From Eledone cirrhosa (lineage: Eukaryota): 64,000 bases of DNA. The notes below the pieces were generated by a model that saw only the letters and a program-made list of their open reading frames with translations, had not been told where the DNA came from and ran no database searches. The stretch covers positions 83,080,001-83,144,000 of the forward strand of contig OZ024745.1 of NCBI GenBank assembly GCA_964016885.1, in the 5' to 3' direction. Positions 13,793 through 25,137 of this stretch are shown here, piece after piece (within the stretch, counting starts at the first letter, position 1; each line of letters begins with the position of its first letter). The position numbers and the translations under genes were made by a program.

Positions 13793-14750
13793 TGCTCCCA
13801 AATACAGGAACTCCTTAACCAATTCTAGCGGCTTCCCGCCTACATTAGTGATCCCTTCTGGCTTCTCAACATTTTATAGCAGATATTTTGTTTTAGCCTC
13901 ATTCATTCTCAGCCCCACACTCATCGACACAGTCTCAACCTCCTGCATCAAATCCTCCGCCTTCTTCACTGTATTTGTTACCAAAACTATGTCAACGGCA
14001 AATTCAGCATCCGATATCTGTTTCGCCTTAACTCTCCTGCTCTGAGCCGGTGCTACAGTAAAGCCAGAGTCCTGGTGTTTCTCCAGAGCAAGGCGCATAC
14101 AATAGTCCACTACGATGATAAAAAGGTAGGGAGCCAATGTATCTCCCTGGAGCACTCCAGCCAGTATCTCAAAGAACGCTCTCATCCCATCAGGTGTAAT
14201 GAGTTGGAAATACGGAAGATGATGTGGTTGAGAAGAAGAGAAAAGCCTGGGCGGCGTGCCACAGCTTGAGATCGGTGTGGAAGTCGGACCTTCGTAAAGA
14301 CCTGAAAATCCGCCTCTTCGTTGCTGTTGTGGTGTGTGTGCTGCTGTACGGGTCTGAGACTTGGATACTGACCAAGAAACTCACTCAGATGGTGGATGGG
14401 TGCTACACGAGAATGCTGAGGATGGGTCTGAACATTAATCAGTATACACTGAGGATGAAAATCTCAGAGCTATATGGGAGCCTCCCAAAAGTCAGCTCAA
14501 AAGTGACACAGAGGAGACTGAGGTTAGGTAGACATGCTCACCGATATCCAGAGTTGACATTGCACTCAGTGCTCCTGTAGGAGCCCGTACATGGACACAA
14601 GTGAAGATGAAGACCAAGGTGAACGTATGTTGATGTTCTAAGGACAGACATTGGTCTGTTGGAAACGCAGGACATGGCAGCGATAATGAGGGACAGAGAC
14701 GCTGGAGAGAACTCGTCCATGGATCTCGGGAATTTTACCTGCCTTAGAAG
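13793..14750 (+). mobile_element. RTE-clade LINE 3' fragment with inverted 5' part
   Basis: Minus 13793-14200 encodes ITPDG..GVLQGDTLAPYLF..FLYLGA. Plus 14200-14750 encodes the continuation KAW..VLLYGSETW..RRLRL..H. AATGCTTTC flanks it at 13779 and 14751. Confidence 0.88.
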
Positions 14751-14759
14751 AATGCTTTC

Positions 14760-15114
14760 AAGGGTTTACACAAAGTGAGACATTAAGGACAGTACAGGAC
14801 AATACAGGACGGTACAAATGGGCATTTCTGCGTCTAAAAAAAACAAAAACAGAGGATGTAACAAAAAAAACAAAACAATGAAAATTCCCCAAAAGGGGGA
14901 GACTTCCGAGGGCCATCGTGGAGAAAGCCCATTAGAAAAGACACGGTGACCCTGACCACCAGGGCAAGTGCCCTCTGCCAGTTTTCCACCTTTAATTTAC
15001 AGGCACATACCCAGAGTAGGCCCATTCACTCTGGCCATTCTTGCCTCTCTCACTCATCTTTCAACAAAATGCTGGGAAGAGAGCACTTCCCTCTCTACTC
15101 TGATTTTCCTTTTC
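14760..15114 (-). mobile_element. Tx1 copy D (alpha), short 3' fragment whose tail was split by the RTE insertion
   Basis: Matches the 3' UTR and ORF2 end of copy B (about 6604-6948); tail remnant GCTTTC at 13782; bounded by (TAA)n at 15115. Confidence 0.85.
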
Positions 15115-15136
15115 AATAATAATAATAATAATAATT

Positions 15137-15460
15137 GTTTCTACTTTTGGCACAAGGGCAACAATTACCCAATGCATCACTGGTACTTTATTCTATCGAC
15201 CCCGGAAGGTTGAAAGGCAAAGTTAACCTCGCCTTATAATAATAATAATAATAATAATTGTTTCTACTTTTTGGCACAAGGCCAGTGCATTACTGGTACT
15301 TTATTTTATCGACCCCGTAAGGATGAAAGGCAAAGTTAACATCGGCGGGATTTGAACTCGCCGAGGTTAACTTTGCCTTTGATCCTTACGGGGTCGATAA
15401 ATAAAAGTACCAGTAATGCACTGGTAATTGCTGGCCTTGTGCCAAACAGTAGAAACAATT
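15137..15460. mobile_element. Three 5'-truncated tRNA-SINE 3' halves; the last two form a palindrome
   Basis: GAGGTTAACTTTGCCTTTCATCC..GGGGTCGATAAAATAAAGTACCAGT..GGCCTTGTGCCAAAAGTAGAAAC motif; minus at 15137-15233 and 15258-15360, plus at 15361-15457. Confidence 0.85.
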
Positions 15461-15484
15461 ATTATTATTATTATTATTATTATT

Positions 15485-15630
15485 GGCGACCTATGTAGTA
15501 AAACGTATCATCGTGAGCTCCGCAAAAGTTTGTTGTTTTCAGTTATTGTTAACTATATATAAGAGCACATACATTGTTTTCTGAAAAGGTTACTCAAAAA
15601 GATTGGGGGTATTGAGCCCAAAATTTAAAC
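15485..15630 (+). mobile_element. Solo copy of the Tx1 5' leader
   Basis: GGCGACCTATGTAGTAAAACGTATCATCGTGAGCTCCGCAAA...GCCCAAAATTTAAAC aligns to the reverse complement of 4762-4936 and 9957-10131. Confidence 0.85.
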
Positions 15631-18600
15631 AGGACGGTACAGGATGGTACGATGTGGGTTTTGTGCGTGTAAATATTTTTATTATTTATATAAGAAAAGA
15701 AGAAAAAAAGGACATAAAACCATATATATATATATAAACAATAAAAATAAAAATTGAAACAATGAAAAATTCCCCAATAGGGGGGAAACCTCCGAGGGTT
15801 ACTCGTGGCGAAAACTACACAAAAGACAACAGCCACTCTGACCACCAGGGCAAGCGCCCTCTCTCAATTTTTCCATCTCTGAAACTACAGACGTATATTC
15901 AGAGTGGTCCCGTTCACTCGGACCATTCTCGCTACATTCACCCACCTTTCTACAAACTTGCTAGAAAGCAGCACTTGCCTCTCCACTCTGATTTTCCTCT
16001 TCAAGTGAAACTTGAAAAAGTTAATTAGGGATTCGCCGAAGAGGAAAGTGTCTGTCTTTAACCCTTTTAACCTTGTCCACCACACAATCTCTTTCGCCAT
16101 GGCCACCAGGCAGATGAAAACCGCCTGCCCTTTCTCCTCGAAGGAAGACGGCGATACCATCTGCACAATGGACTCAGTCGACAACCGGATCAGTCCCACA
16201 TGCGACAGCTATGTTCGGGCACTAAACGAGTGCGTGCACGACAGTTTCGTCGCTCTGCGCGCATCTCGGACAGGCTCGGCTGACGGCACTTCCGTGCCTG
16301 TAGAGCTATTCTCGAACAGGCAGCGCTCCCCGGTAGCACTGCCAGACCAGGGATTTTTGGAAGTTATCCATAGGCCCCGGGCTGAAAGTTCTCCAGTAGA
16401 GAGCAAACAGCAGATCTTCTTCGGCGCACACGAATCTCTCCGAGAATGTCGTCGCTCTTCCCCTCCACTAGTCCTCTATAGAACGCCGAGGTGGATGCTC
16501 CACCGATACTGGTGCCCAGCTGGCAGAAGGCAGTGAGCGCCTGGAGACATTCCAGTTTCCAAGCGCTATCCCTCGGTCTTTTTCTGACCCAGGACTGCAG
16601 CTTCGTCAAGGAGACGAGCTGTGGGAAAACATGCCTGGCGAACGGCGACGACACCCGTTCACCATTAAGAAAGCACTAGAGATGTCGCAGCCTCAACGCA
16701 TGTTTGCGCATCATCAGCCATGGCATACCCAGTCATCCACGCAACGGGTGTTGACAGCAGATGGATCGTCTGACCATGGGGGCGCGTCCCTTCCACAAAA
16801 AGCGGAAGAGGAGGCGCTCCATTTTGGTGAGAGATGGGCTGGAGCAAGGGACGACGGTGAGGCTGTAGCAGATGACGGATGCGATGTACGCATTCGCCAC
16901 TTCCGCCCGGCCTTTCAGGGACAGCTTCCCCTCAGCCCATTTCTGGGTGAGGGAGGCCACCCTGCTCGTGACCTGGTTCCAGTTTTTCTCCATCTGGAGG
17001 TGAGGTCCGAACCAGACCCCGAGCAATTTAACCGGTCCGTCCGTCCAACGCCCTACGACGCTGTCGGACGGCATGGACTTTCCTCTCCAGTTGCCGATCT
17101 GCAGGCCCACCGACTTTTCCTGGTTTATCTTTGCTCCTGTCACCACTTCGTATTCCTTGAGAGCGGTGCCGAGCATCTGGACGTGTCTGGTGCTCGACAC
17201 CACCACGGTGACGTTGTCAGCGTAAGCCGACTCGGATTTCCCGCATCCTAGTTCGCGTGGGACGCCCCTCATCTCCCCCAGTTTGTGCAGTAACGGCTCG
17301 AGAGCCAATAGGTACAAGAGGGACTAGAGGGGACAAACCAGGCGGACTAAGTGCATGAGGCTGAACGGCTGCGACAAGTGACCGTTCACCCTCACAACTG
17401 AGCAGATGTCGCTGTACATTGCTGCGATCCAACCCCTGAAAACGGGCACGAAACCGGCTGCCTCGAGGACCGCCGCCAGGTACCGATGGTCGACCCTATC
17501 GAATGCTATAGATTGATGCAAGTTGATCAGGGCCCCTCCCTTGCCAGGTTCCTTAACCACCCTCTCTATGATGTATCGCATGAGGTGGAGGCTGTCGTGT
17601 ATGGATCTGTCCGGAATGGCGTATGTCTGCGCCTCTCTCACCAGACCCTTGACGACAAGCGCCAACCTCGTTGCTAACACTTTGGCCAAAATCTTGAACT
17701 CTGCGTTTAGCAGGGTTATGGGCCTGAAAGTATCGATAACATCCCCCTTGTTCGGGTCTTTTCACAGCAGCTCCACTGCTCCCCGGCTCACAAAACTGGG
17801 AATGCTCCCGTTCTGCTGCCAGTTGTAGTAGACGTCTGCCAAGAGGTCACCAAACAAGTCTGGCATAAATGCATAAAGCTCGTAGGGCAGACCATCTAAA
17901 CCTGGCGATTTACCCCTTGTGCAGTTAGCCATCGCTTCCCGTATTTTACCGGCTGTTATTGGCTTTTCGCAACACTGTGCTGCGGTCGTCGAGAGCCGAA
18001 GCAGCCCGTCGAGGTATGCACTGAAGTCCATCGCTCCCGAACAGTTCAGCAAAGTGCTGCTGAAAAGCTTCACACATCCGCTCGGTTTCGAGCATCACGC
18101 AACTTTTTGGTCAGACAAAGACCGAATTGTGGCTATGTTGCACGTCGCGCCTCTGCCACCCGCGCCTATTGGACGGCTTTTGTGCCCTCGTATTTCAGAG
18201 CACGCACACTAGCTCTGACAACGCAGCCTTCGTGTTTTGCGTTGAATAATTGGTCGAGTGCCAATCTCGCCGCAAGCACGTCGGTTGCGATGCCCGTCCT
18301 AAACGCCTCTTCTAGCTTTCTGACTATCTCTCCCTCCACTCTATTTTCCTCTATCACTACTCCTTTGCTAAACCTAATTGATTCTACTTTAATTGCCCTT
18401 TTCAGGGCCAACCACCCACTGTTGTTGACGATCGCTCCCGTCAACGCCCGCTTAACTAATACGCTAATCCGGTCTCAGTAGGCTTTGCGCGCCGGGAAAG
18501 ACGCGTTCAGCTTCCAGTAACCAGGCCCTTGTCTATGAAGTCTGTCTATGTCGATCTCACAGATCACAAATTTGTGGTCTGTGTAGTCGACTATTTTAAA

Positions 18601-19165
18601 TTGTGGACAACTTATACTAGCCTTATCTAGTTCTCTGCAGAATACCCTATCGAGATACGATCTGTATGATCCGATGCGGTTTGTCCATGTCCACATTGGC
18701 ACATTCGGGTGATCCAGTCGATACCTGTCAGACAATTCTAAACGTCTGAGCAGGTTGGTGAGGCTCTTGCACCATCCTCCCCTAACCACTAGCCCCACAC
18801 GATCCCAGCGTGCATCCAAGATACCGTTCCAGTCGCCCACTAACACTAAAGAGCGAGACGTTCCAAGAAAGGTCTCTAGACGTCTGAAGAAATCTGGCCA
18901 TCCTGCCCCTGTTGGGGCGTAACGGCTACTAGCCTGAAAGCATTGCCTTCGCTTCCGGTCACGTCCAGCACTACCGACTTACCTTCTGGGTCTAGGAAGA
19001 TGGCCCGTATCGCGAGATCCAAGCCTCTCCGAAAAAGGACGGCGATCCCTCCTCCCGATCCTGGACGGCTGGGAGATGCGTATACATCGTGGCCGCCGAA
19101 GATCGGTGCGAAGGCTTGTGCTTCGGAGATTCTGGTTTCACTGATGACCACCACATCTATCATTA
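15629..19165 (-). mobile_element. Tx1 copy E (beta): nearly complete disrupted ORF2 (APE+RT+CCHC), 5'-truncated, last ~45 bp missing
   Basis: DVVVISET, GGGIAVL, LVGDWN, SYLDR, YTDH, KSPGLDGLPYELY, AFDRVDH, AYADN; 3' UTR matches copy C. Confidence 0.92.
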
Positions 19166-19186
19166 TTAATAATTAATAATAATAAT

Positions 19187-20379
19187 TAGACAGGCCAAAT
19201 ACCTTGAAACAACTAACGACTGTATGCTGAAACTTGTTGAAAAGCATGACAGAAGTAAGAGGCTTCATTTTATCTTGAAGGAGAGCAAAAAACACGCTAC
19301 TGATCTCATGCTTGATATCCACACTGGACAGACTAAAGAAACGGTTGCAACTGATGCTGTTAGGCACATAAAATCACTGGCAAATTCAAAAGGGCGAGGA
19401 CAATTGGCATCAAAGTGGGAGCAGAAACCTTTGCATTGCAAATATGTGGTCCGTAGCAAGAAGCTGATGTTGACCAAAAGCACACCTATCAGTGGCTACG
19501 TAGTTCAGGGCTAAAGGCGGAGAGTGAAGGCTTCATCTTAGCTGCCCAAGATCAAAGCTTATTGACTCGTAATTACCAGGCCAATGTGATGAGAAACGGA
19601 ATAAACCCAAAGTGCCGTTTCTGCAATGCTGGGGTTGAATCAGTGGATCACTTAGTCTCTGGATGTAAAGTTTTAGCACCAGTAGAATACAAATATAGAC
19701 ATGACAGAGTTGGCCAATATCTACACTGGGTAATATGTCGGCATTACAAAATCAAAGCTGAAGACAAGTGGTACAATCATCACCCTGAGGCTGTAACTGA
19801 AGGAGAAAAAGCCACAATTCTCTGGGACTTTCCTGTACATACTGACAGGACCATAAAAGCAAATAGACCTGACATCATTGTAAAAGATCAACATAACAAG
19901 GTCTGTTTTTTTTATAGATATGAGCATCCCATGTGATCACAATATCGCGGCAAAAGAATTTGACAAGCTACGAACATATAAAGATCTGCTTATTGAAATT
20001 GAGAAAATGTGGCACCTCAAGGCCGTTACAATACCAGTGATTGTGGGAGGACTGGGAATGATCAAGAAAGGAACAGAACAATATTTGCGAATGATTCCTG
20101 GTTTACCCTCTCTGCACAAGGTGCAACAAATTGTTTTGATTGGTACTGCACACGTATTGAGAAGAGCACTATCTCTGTAAGATTGATATCCCTCCTTGTA
20201 TTTACATATGCATATGCACATACGTATATATGTATACTGTTTTATTTTAAATTCTATTCAATGCGCTGTATTAACTAGCTTACCAATACACACTGAATTT
20301 ATTTGCCCTAGGTGTCAGGAAGACACTCGGCATATATCTCAGAAACAATAATGAAAGAAAATAAAAATAATAATAATAA
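19187..20379 (+). mobile_element. R4/Dong-like copy 2, 5'-truncated (zinc finger + restriction-like endonuclease)
   Basis: CRFCNAGVESVDHLVSGC, RHD, ILWDF, TDRTIKANRPDII, YKDL, IPVIVGGLG, GTAHVLRRAL; (TAA)n tail. Confidence 0.9.
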
Positions 20380-20479
20380 CATTAATAAAGATGCTAATGT
20401 TACATACACCGTTTATTCATTATAATTATTTGAACGGTTCTCCCATGCAATCAAGATGTAATTCATGCATTTGTTGCTG

Positions 20480-22050
20480 TTATGAGAAGGATATCCTCAC
20501 ATGAAATTTAATTTTGTGATATGCTACCGACAGAAAAAAAACCACACGTTCTTTTGCTCGTGCGTTCGCATAACAACAATAAGTGCATCTTGATTGCATG
20601 GGAAAACCGTTGAAATAATTATAAAGAATAAATGATTCATGTAAATAAAATACAGAGGTAATTGAAATTAAATATATACATACACGCATCCACATACGTA
20701 CATACACAAGTATATGCGAAAACACTCGTAATGGGTATGCGAATACAAGCACGTACACAAAAAAACACACACGTACACGCACATACAAAAGCCACGCAAC
20801 GCCTGTACCCGCACACATACGAAGGTATACACAAAATAGAAAGAAAAATATATGAAAACATATATATATACATGTGTGTGTGCGTGTATACATAATTAAA
20901 TAAACGTATATAAATATACACACATAAATACGTATATAACGCGCACACCCACACACCCACATCTAAATACACATATGTTCGCGGACGTACGTCAACCAAA
21001 ACACAAAGTACACATATACACACACCCTACATACGTACGAACCTGCATACTCACACAAACGCAAAACTCACGTATATAACCAAATGCACAAGTACCAGTA
21101 TATATACGCCAATAACATATACAAGCAAATATACGTACGAGAGAGTATACGTACCCTCACGAAATATACAGGTAATATATACTTACCTACACGAATAAAT
21201 AATGGTATAAACATAACATATACTTAGCTACCACATCAAGACGTAAAATATCCGCGTATAGTTCGTACTATCCGTTAGGGTATAATGTGGGGCTGTAATA
21301 TAGCAAAGGTTTGTGCAATTTATGTTTACAAGCCGAAATTGCATCAGATATTTTGTTTAAGATGTGGTCTATTTCCAGGGCGCGCAGAGGTCACGTGGTC
21401 TTTTATTTCCGTTATACGATCTAGCCAAAACTAGGATCTCCCAGTGTAACTTATATTGGGTGTGGTTGTCTTTTAGACTCCAGATATAAGCTGAAAGTGA
21501 CGGCATATTCCTTCTTAAAGAAAAGAATAGGATGCATGTAAAGACGCTGCTTGAATCTATTGGCGGTTAACCCTACGGGATGTGCGTGTTTCAACCTTAC
21601 ATGTGTAGACAATGTTACTAGAGAGGAATTTCCCTGATAGGGGGCAGTCAACCCGATTCCTACAATTACAGTTAGTACTAGCTACAGGGTTTCACGTGTT
21701 GCTACGGCTAGGTAATTTAGCTAAATTTGAAGCTGTGATGTTATGTGCAAGGTTAGGAATCGTAGAGTAAGAAATGTTAATGGTATTTCTATTAAAATTA
21801 TTACAATATTTATGTGCTGGGGGGAAATGCTTCATAATAAGGAAGAGAAAGATCTTAGCTAAAGGTGTGGCCACCTCCATATTATATGGTGGGTTATACC
21901 ATATAATGTATCGGGATCTATTTTTCCTAGGTCTATTCACGTACTCTGTATAAGCTACCTTATCGACAAATCCACTCCGAGCAAGAGCTTCATTGTAATA
22001 TGTGGAATGGTCGTTGAAAATATGATCGTTCGTAGATAGACGGGAAAGCT
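20480..22050 (-). mobile_element. Degenerate Penelope-like element (same type as 23275-25137); 3' boundary approximate
   Basis: RLSTNDHIFN..YYNEAL..IIWYNPPYN..FNRNTINISYS and GLTANRFKQRL..H; TG-rich downstream region. Confidence 0.7.
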
Positions 22051-22122
22051 CCAAAGAAACGCTTCTTTCCAGTTCTTGGTATCGAGCCCTCTTTGGATTT
22101 TAGTCTTCAAATTTATTTTTAT

Positions 22123-22185
<63 letters not shown>

Positions 22186-22236
22186 ATTTCTTATTAAACT
22201 ATTTTTCACTGGGAACAGTGTGTATATATATATATA

Positions 22237-22947
22237 GTGACGAAACATAAGTCAAATGCATGAACTCATAATCCTTTATTTACTGCTATATATATTTCGA
22301 TGATAGCCATTGAATGGCTATGACCTCATCAGGGAGTTAGTCAGGTCTTAGATATGCCAGCTCTGTGTTTATAGTGTTGATGGTATCAGAGCCTTGGGAC
22401 ATATGAGCATGTTAGGAATAATTTAATGTTGTGAGCAGGAATAGTCTTAATTCTCATTGGTCAGTTTGTAGATGGTAGTAGGGTTGGTATTTGACCTCAA
22501 AGAAGCAGGTGGTATTGTAAATTTCAAACCGTCAGGCAAGATGACAATAGTTCCATATGACTGATTTTCACAAAAAGCATTCCTGGTCAGATATATATTC
22601 AATTAAGGTTAATAGTTTGAAATAGATACTACAGGTCATTCTTAAATTGAGGAATTTATGTAGAGTTGTGCTACTGGAAATTATGGTTAGAGTAGAAAAT
22701 TTACAAATAAAAAGACTTATGAAGGTTGGCTTGCACGTAGACTCACACCCACCTCCACAGACACACACACACATCCACACATACAAATTGAGGAATTAAT
22801 GATTTAATGTGGGGTGGTAATACTTAAAATAATGGTTAGAGTCAAATACTTAGATAGTTTAGAAAATTTAGAAATAAAAGGCTTATATTGGTTGACTTGT
22901 ACATACACTCACACCTACCCCTCAGACACACACACAAATCCATACAG

Positions 22948-22950
<3 letters not shown>
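22237..22950 (-). mobile_element. Non-coding hammerhead-bearing cassette between (TA)n tracts (pLTR/retrozyme-like)
   Basis: Contains the hammerhead at 22282-22337 and an internal ~150 bp tandem duplication (22645-22945); related sequence near 60080-60165. Confidence 0.55.
22282..22337 (-). ncRNA. Minimal type I hammerhead ribozyme motif (family A)
   Basis: ACUCC CUGAUGA GGUCAUAGCCA-UUCAA-UGGCUAUCAUC GAAAU AUAU AUA GCAGU; one stem I mismatch. Confidence 0.8.
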
Positions 22951-22983
<33 letters not shown>

Positions 22984-23122
22984 GCACAATCATATATATA
23001 TATATATATAAAATACATATATATATATAAAATATATACATACATAAAATACATATATATATATAAAATATATACACACATAAAATATATACACATATAA
23101 AATATACATACATACATATAAA

Positions 23123-23186
<64 letters not shown>

Positions 23187-23274
23187 TACACATATATATA
23201 TAAAATACACATATATACACACATAAAATACATATATATATATACATATAATACATATATACATATATATATAA

Positions 23275-25137
23275 AATCAGGTTCAATAAAACGTGGTTTT
23301 TTATGACTCCTAACCAGTAGAGGATCCCGTGGACCATCCACCATAGGGACCACAAACTATGGGTGGTTGTTGTTGTCCATTGGTCATTGGTACGGGGTGT
23401 AGGGGACCTACAGGTGGGGGCGTTGTGGTAGGCCTTAACCGGGGTTTATCCATATAGCTTGAGGAAAGTCCTCGTCCTTAGGTGTCTGCAGGCACCGAAT
23501 AAGTCGGCCCTTCTATTTAATAGCTTGGTTACGGCATGAAGTATCTCGAGTGTCTCACTAAGACAGAGGTTGCAAATACCAGACCCGCCTCTGTCTGGGG
23601 GAACCTTTCTAACCACGGACCAGACCAAAGTGTGCGGGGTCATTTCAAGTTTGAGCTTCCAGATCAATTCAGAAAGGGCCGTGCATTTCCTCTTATCTAT
23701 TCTGTTAAAGGAATGACGATGGTTATACCACCGATCTTTGAAGCTCGTCGCTGTGGATCCTATGTAGTGGTGCTCCGAGTTAGGGGTTGTGACCTTTCAC
23801 CTGTAGACTACGTTTTTCGTCATGTATTCATTACTAAGGGGGCATAGTGATGGGTCTCTGCAATTACATGACTTCTTAAGCCCCACCACATGTACCGCGT
23901 CGTTACCATCACTCGGGGTTGGCTGGGTAGCCTTCGCAATCAGCACAGGGTCTTTCGGTTCTGGTGTGCTAGTTGGGCCCGTCCGGGTTCCGGTGCGTCC
24001 CGCGTGCTGGTTCTGTTGGGTGGCTCCGGACTTTACGGTGGTATTAGAGGCCTATTCCTATTTATGCCAGCTATGTGCTGGGCTACGGAGAGTGTGGTTG
24101 AGTAGGAAAGTTTCACCATGTGCCTGTTGAATATTTTATGGTACTTGTGGGTCCTAGGGAAACTTTATCCAGTACTCTAAAGAATGTTCTAGCCAGGCTG
24201 GTACGTAGACCCACCGAGTACGGAGGGTTACACCATGTGACCTTCCTGGTCCTATTCTTGCGGGGTTGTTGGGTGTCCGCCGTGGTCCATCGCGTGGTTG
24301 TGCACAGCTCAGGTCGAGCTCGGTTGGTGTCACTCAGGTATGCGGAGCGGTCACTATCATGAGGGTTTTATGGGTTCACCGTGGGGCTATAAACTTGCGA
24401 GGTGCGGCCTGCCTGCTCAGTTAGGGTTCGGCGGGTGGTGGGGTCGGTGCAGGGATGCCTATGCAGCACAGTGGTCTTCAGCGTTGTAGGTGTTAGACCG
24501 GTTGGGTATGCGGGACCTTCTACCGGGGGTGGTGACGGATAGGGGTCTGGGTGTGTTACTACTGGTCACCGAGGTATTAGGTCGGCGACTCATGCCCCTG
24601 AGGGTATTGGTCCGGGGTACCCTTGGGTCATCTCGATCATGTCCCTTAGGGTTGTCGCTGATCCTATGGCTGTGGGACGCCTTGGCTAGCGCTGAGTTAT
24701 AGTAATCAGCGTTACTATTGAAGATCTCTTTATTGGCCGACAAGTTAGAGATCCTGTCAGAGACACTCTTAACTACGGCCTTAACTATAGATCTAGGGTG
24801 ATTGGACCCAGCGTTGATATACACCAGCTTCTCATTGGGTTAATGATATGAGTGGTGTAGCTTGGTGTTGAGGTTGAGGGTGGTCTCCAGGAAATTCACT
24901 ACTTTTCTATTGGGTTTCATCTCTACTTTAAGTCCTACCTTGCTAAAGAAGTGTCTAATTCTCCTCTTCATTTTTGCGACCATTGTGGTGCTGTGGTCCA
25001 CTACGGTGAAGAGTGCGTCGTCTCGGTACAGCCCGCCACCCAGGTTGGGTATTTCTATCCTGATCTCGTAGAGTATGTATATCCCAACCAAGTCCGTTAG
25101 CTGCGCGGAGTCATTGGAGCCCATTGTAATGTCAAAA
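23275..25137 (-). mobile_element. Penelope-like element, YRDD-type RT with C-terminal GIY-YIG, 5'-truncated and disrupted
   Basis: FDITMGSNDSAQLTDLVG, GLYRDD, YINAGSNHP, KVTWCNPPYS, YIGSTATSFKDRW..H, CNLCLSE, LLNRR; abuts (TA)n. Confidence 0.85.

Noticed and set aside
73-19176. Plus-strand ORFs overlapping Tx1 copies
   Set aside because: Antisense shadows of GC-rich ORF1/ORF2 with no independent motifs.
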